From positions 1 through 64,000 of the IMG/VR virus record IMGVR_UViG_3300024999_000065: a stretch of 64,000 bases of DNA. The stretch is one strand, 5' to 3'. The notes under the pieces are model-generated. The model saw nothing but the letters and a program-made list of their open reading frames with translations, was not told the origin of the DNA and ran no database searches. Of this stretch, positions 63,390-64,000 are shown piece after piece (the first letter of the stretch is position 1; each line of letters starts with the position of its first letter). The position numbers were made by a program, and so were the translations under genes. This DNA comes from a virus.

Positions 63390-64000
63390 ATGAGTGCTAT
63401 AGTATACATTTTGGGTACTGTAGCACTCACTCGGAAAGTATAACATTTGACAGTTTTTGTAACTATTGTATTAGTGTACTAGCAATCTCATACACTGTAT
63501 CAAAATGAAACACAATTACACAGTGTGTAACTTTATACAACGTATATAAATAAACAATATATAATAATATACAAATACAATATATCTAACAACTCCGACC
63601 ACTAAAACAGAACAACATAAAACATAATATACATATATCTATATATTCAGATAATACAATATACTATACCAGTGTACTACCTTACTCATACACTCAAATT
63701 AATCTCCAATTCCCCACTTTACCCACTTTACATTAATAATAGATAAATAAAATAATAAACAATACTATAAATTATCTATAAAATACATAAACATATAATA
63801 ATATTATCTAAATTATCTATAATATCTATACAATAAAACTATACTAAACCAGTATACAATTAAACATACATATAATATCTACTATGTACCATACTAAAAT
63901 ATATAAAACTAACAACTAATAAAACTATACATGACAGCTATTTTATTACCAGTCATGATACTAAATAAATTAACATCGTTACCAATACCACTATAGACAT

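Noticed and set aside
62696-63430. Minus-strand ORFs 62696..62932 and 63203..63430
   Set aside because: No SD, atypical composition; one spans the parS site

Overview
Very AT-rich 64-kb segment of a large SPbeta-like Firmicutes (probably clostridial, spore-former) phage or prophage. Positions 1-53.9 kb are almost all minus-strand. Read in the direction of transcription they encode: tyrosine recombinase, hypothetical protein, SF1 helicase, DNA methyltransferase and small early genes; a YonO-like single-subunit RNA polymerase whose DxDGD catalytic motif is split by a group I intron carrying a GIY-YIG endonuclease; PIN-PhoH, a Ro60/TROVE-like vWA protein (DUF2828-like), metallophosphoesterase and ClpP; then terminase, portal, prohead protease, capsid, neck, two tail-tube paralogs and fibre-like genes, interspersed with many free-standing homing-endonuclease-like genes. 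Positions 54-62.6 kb are plus-strand (small membrane proteins, FtsK/SpoIIIE ATPase, replication-relaxation protein), followed by a non-coding region with a parS palindrome. The most notable non-coding structures are: (1) six covarying stem-loop RNA units with an invariant CAGCAA motif, driven by tandem sigmaA promoters directly upstream of the Ro60-like gene, a candidate undescribed RNA-array/RNP system; (2) a stand-alone transcript with two different CRISPR-repeat mimics and no cas genes in the window, a candidate RNA anti-CRISPR; (3) a repeated three-way-junction leader with anti-SD pairing in front of endonuclease genes. All product calls come from motifs and synteny read by eye; no database searches were run.
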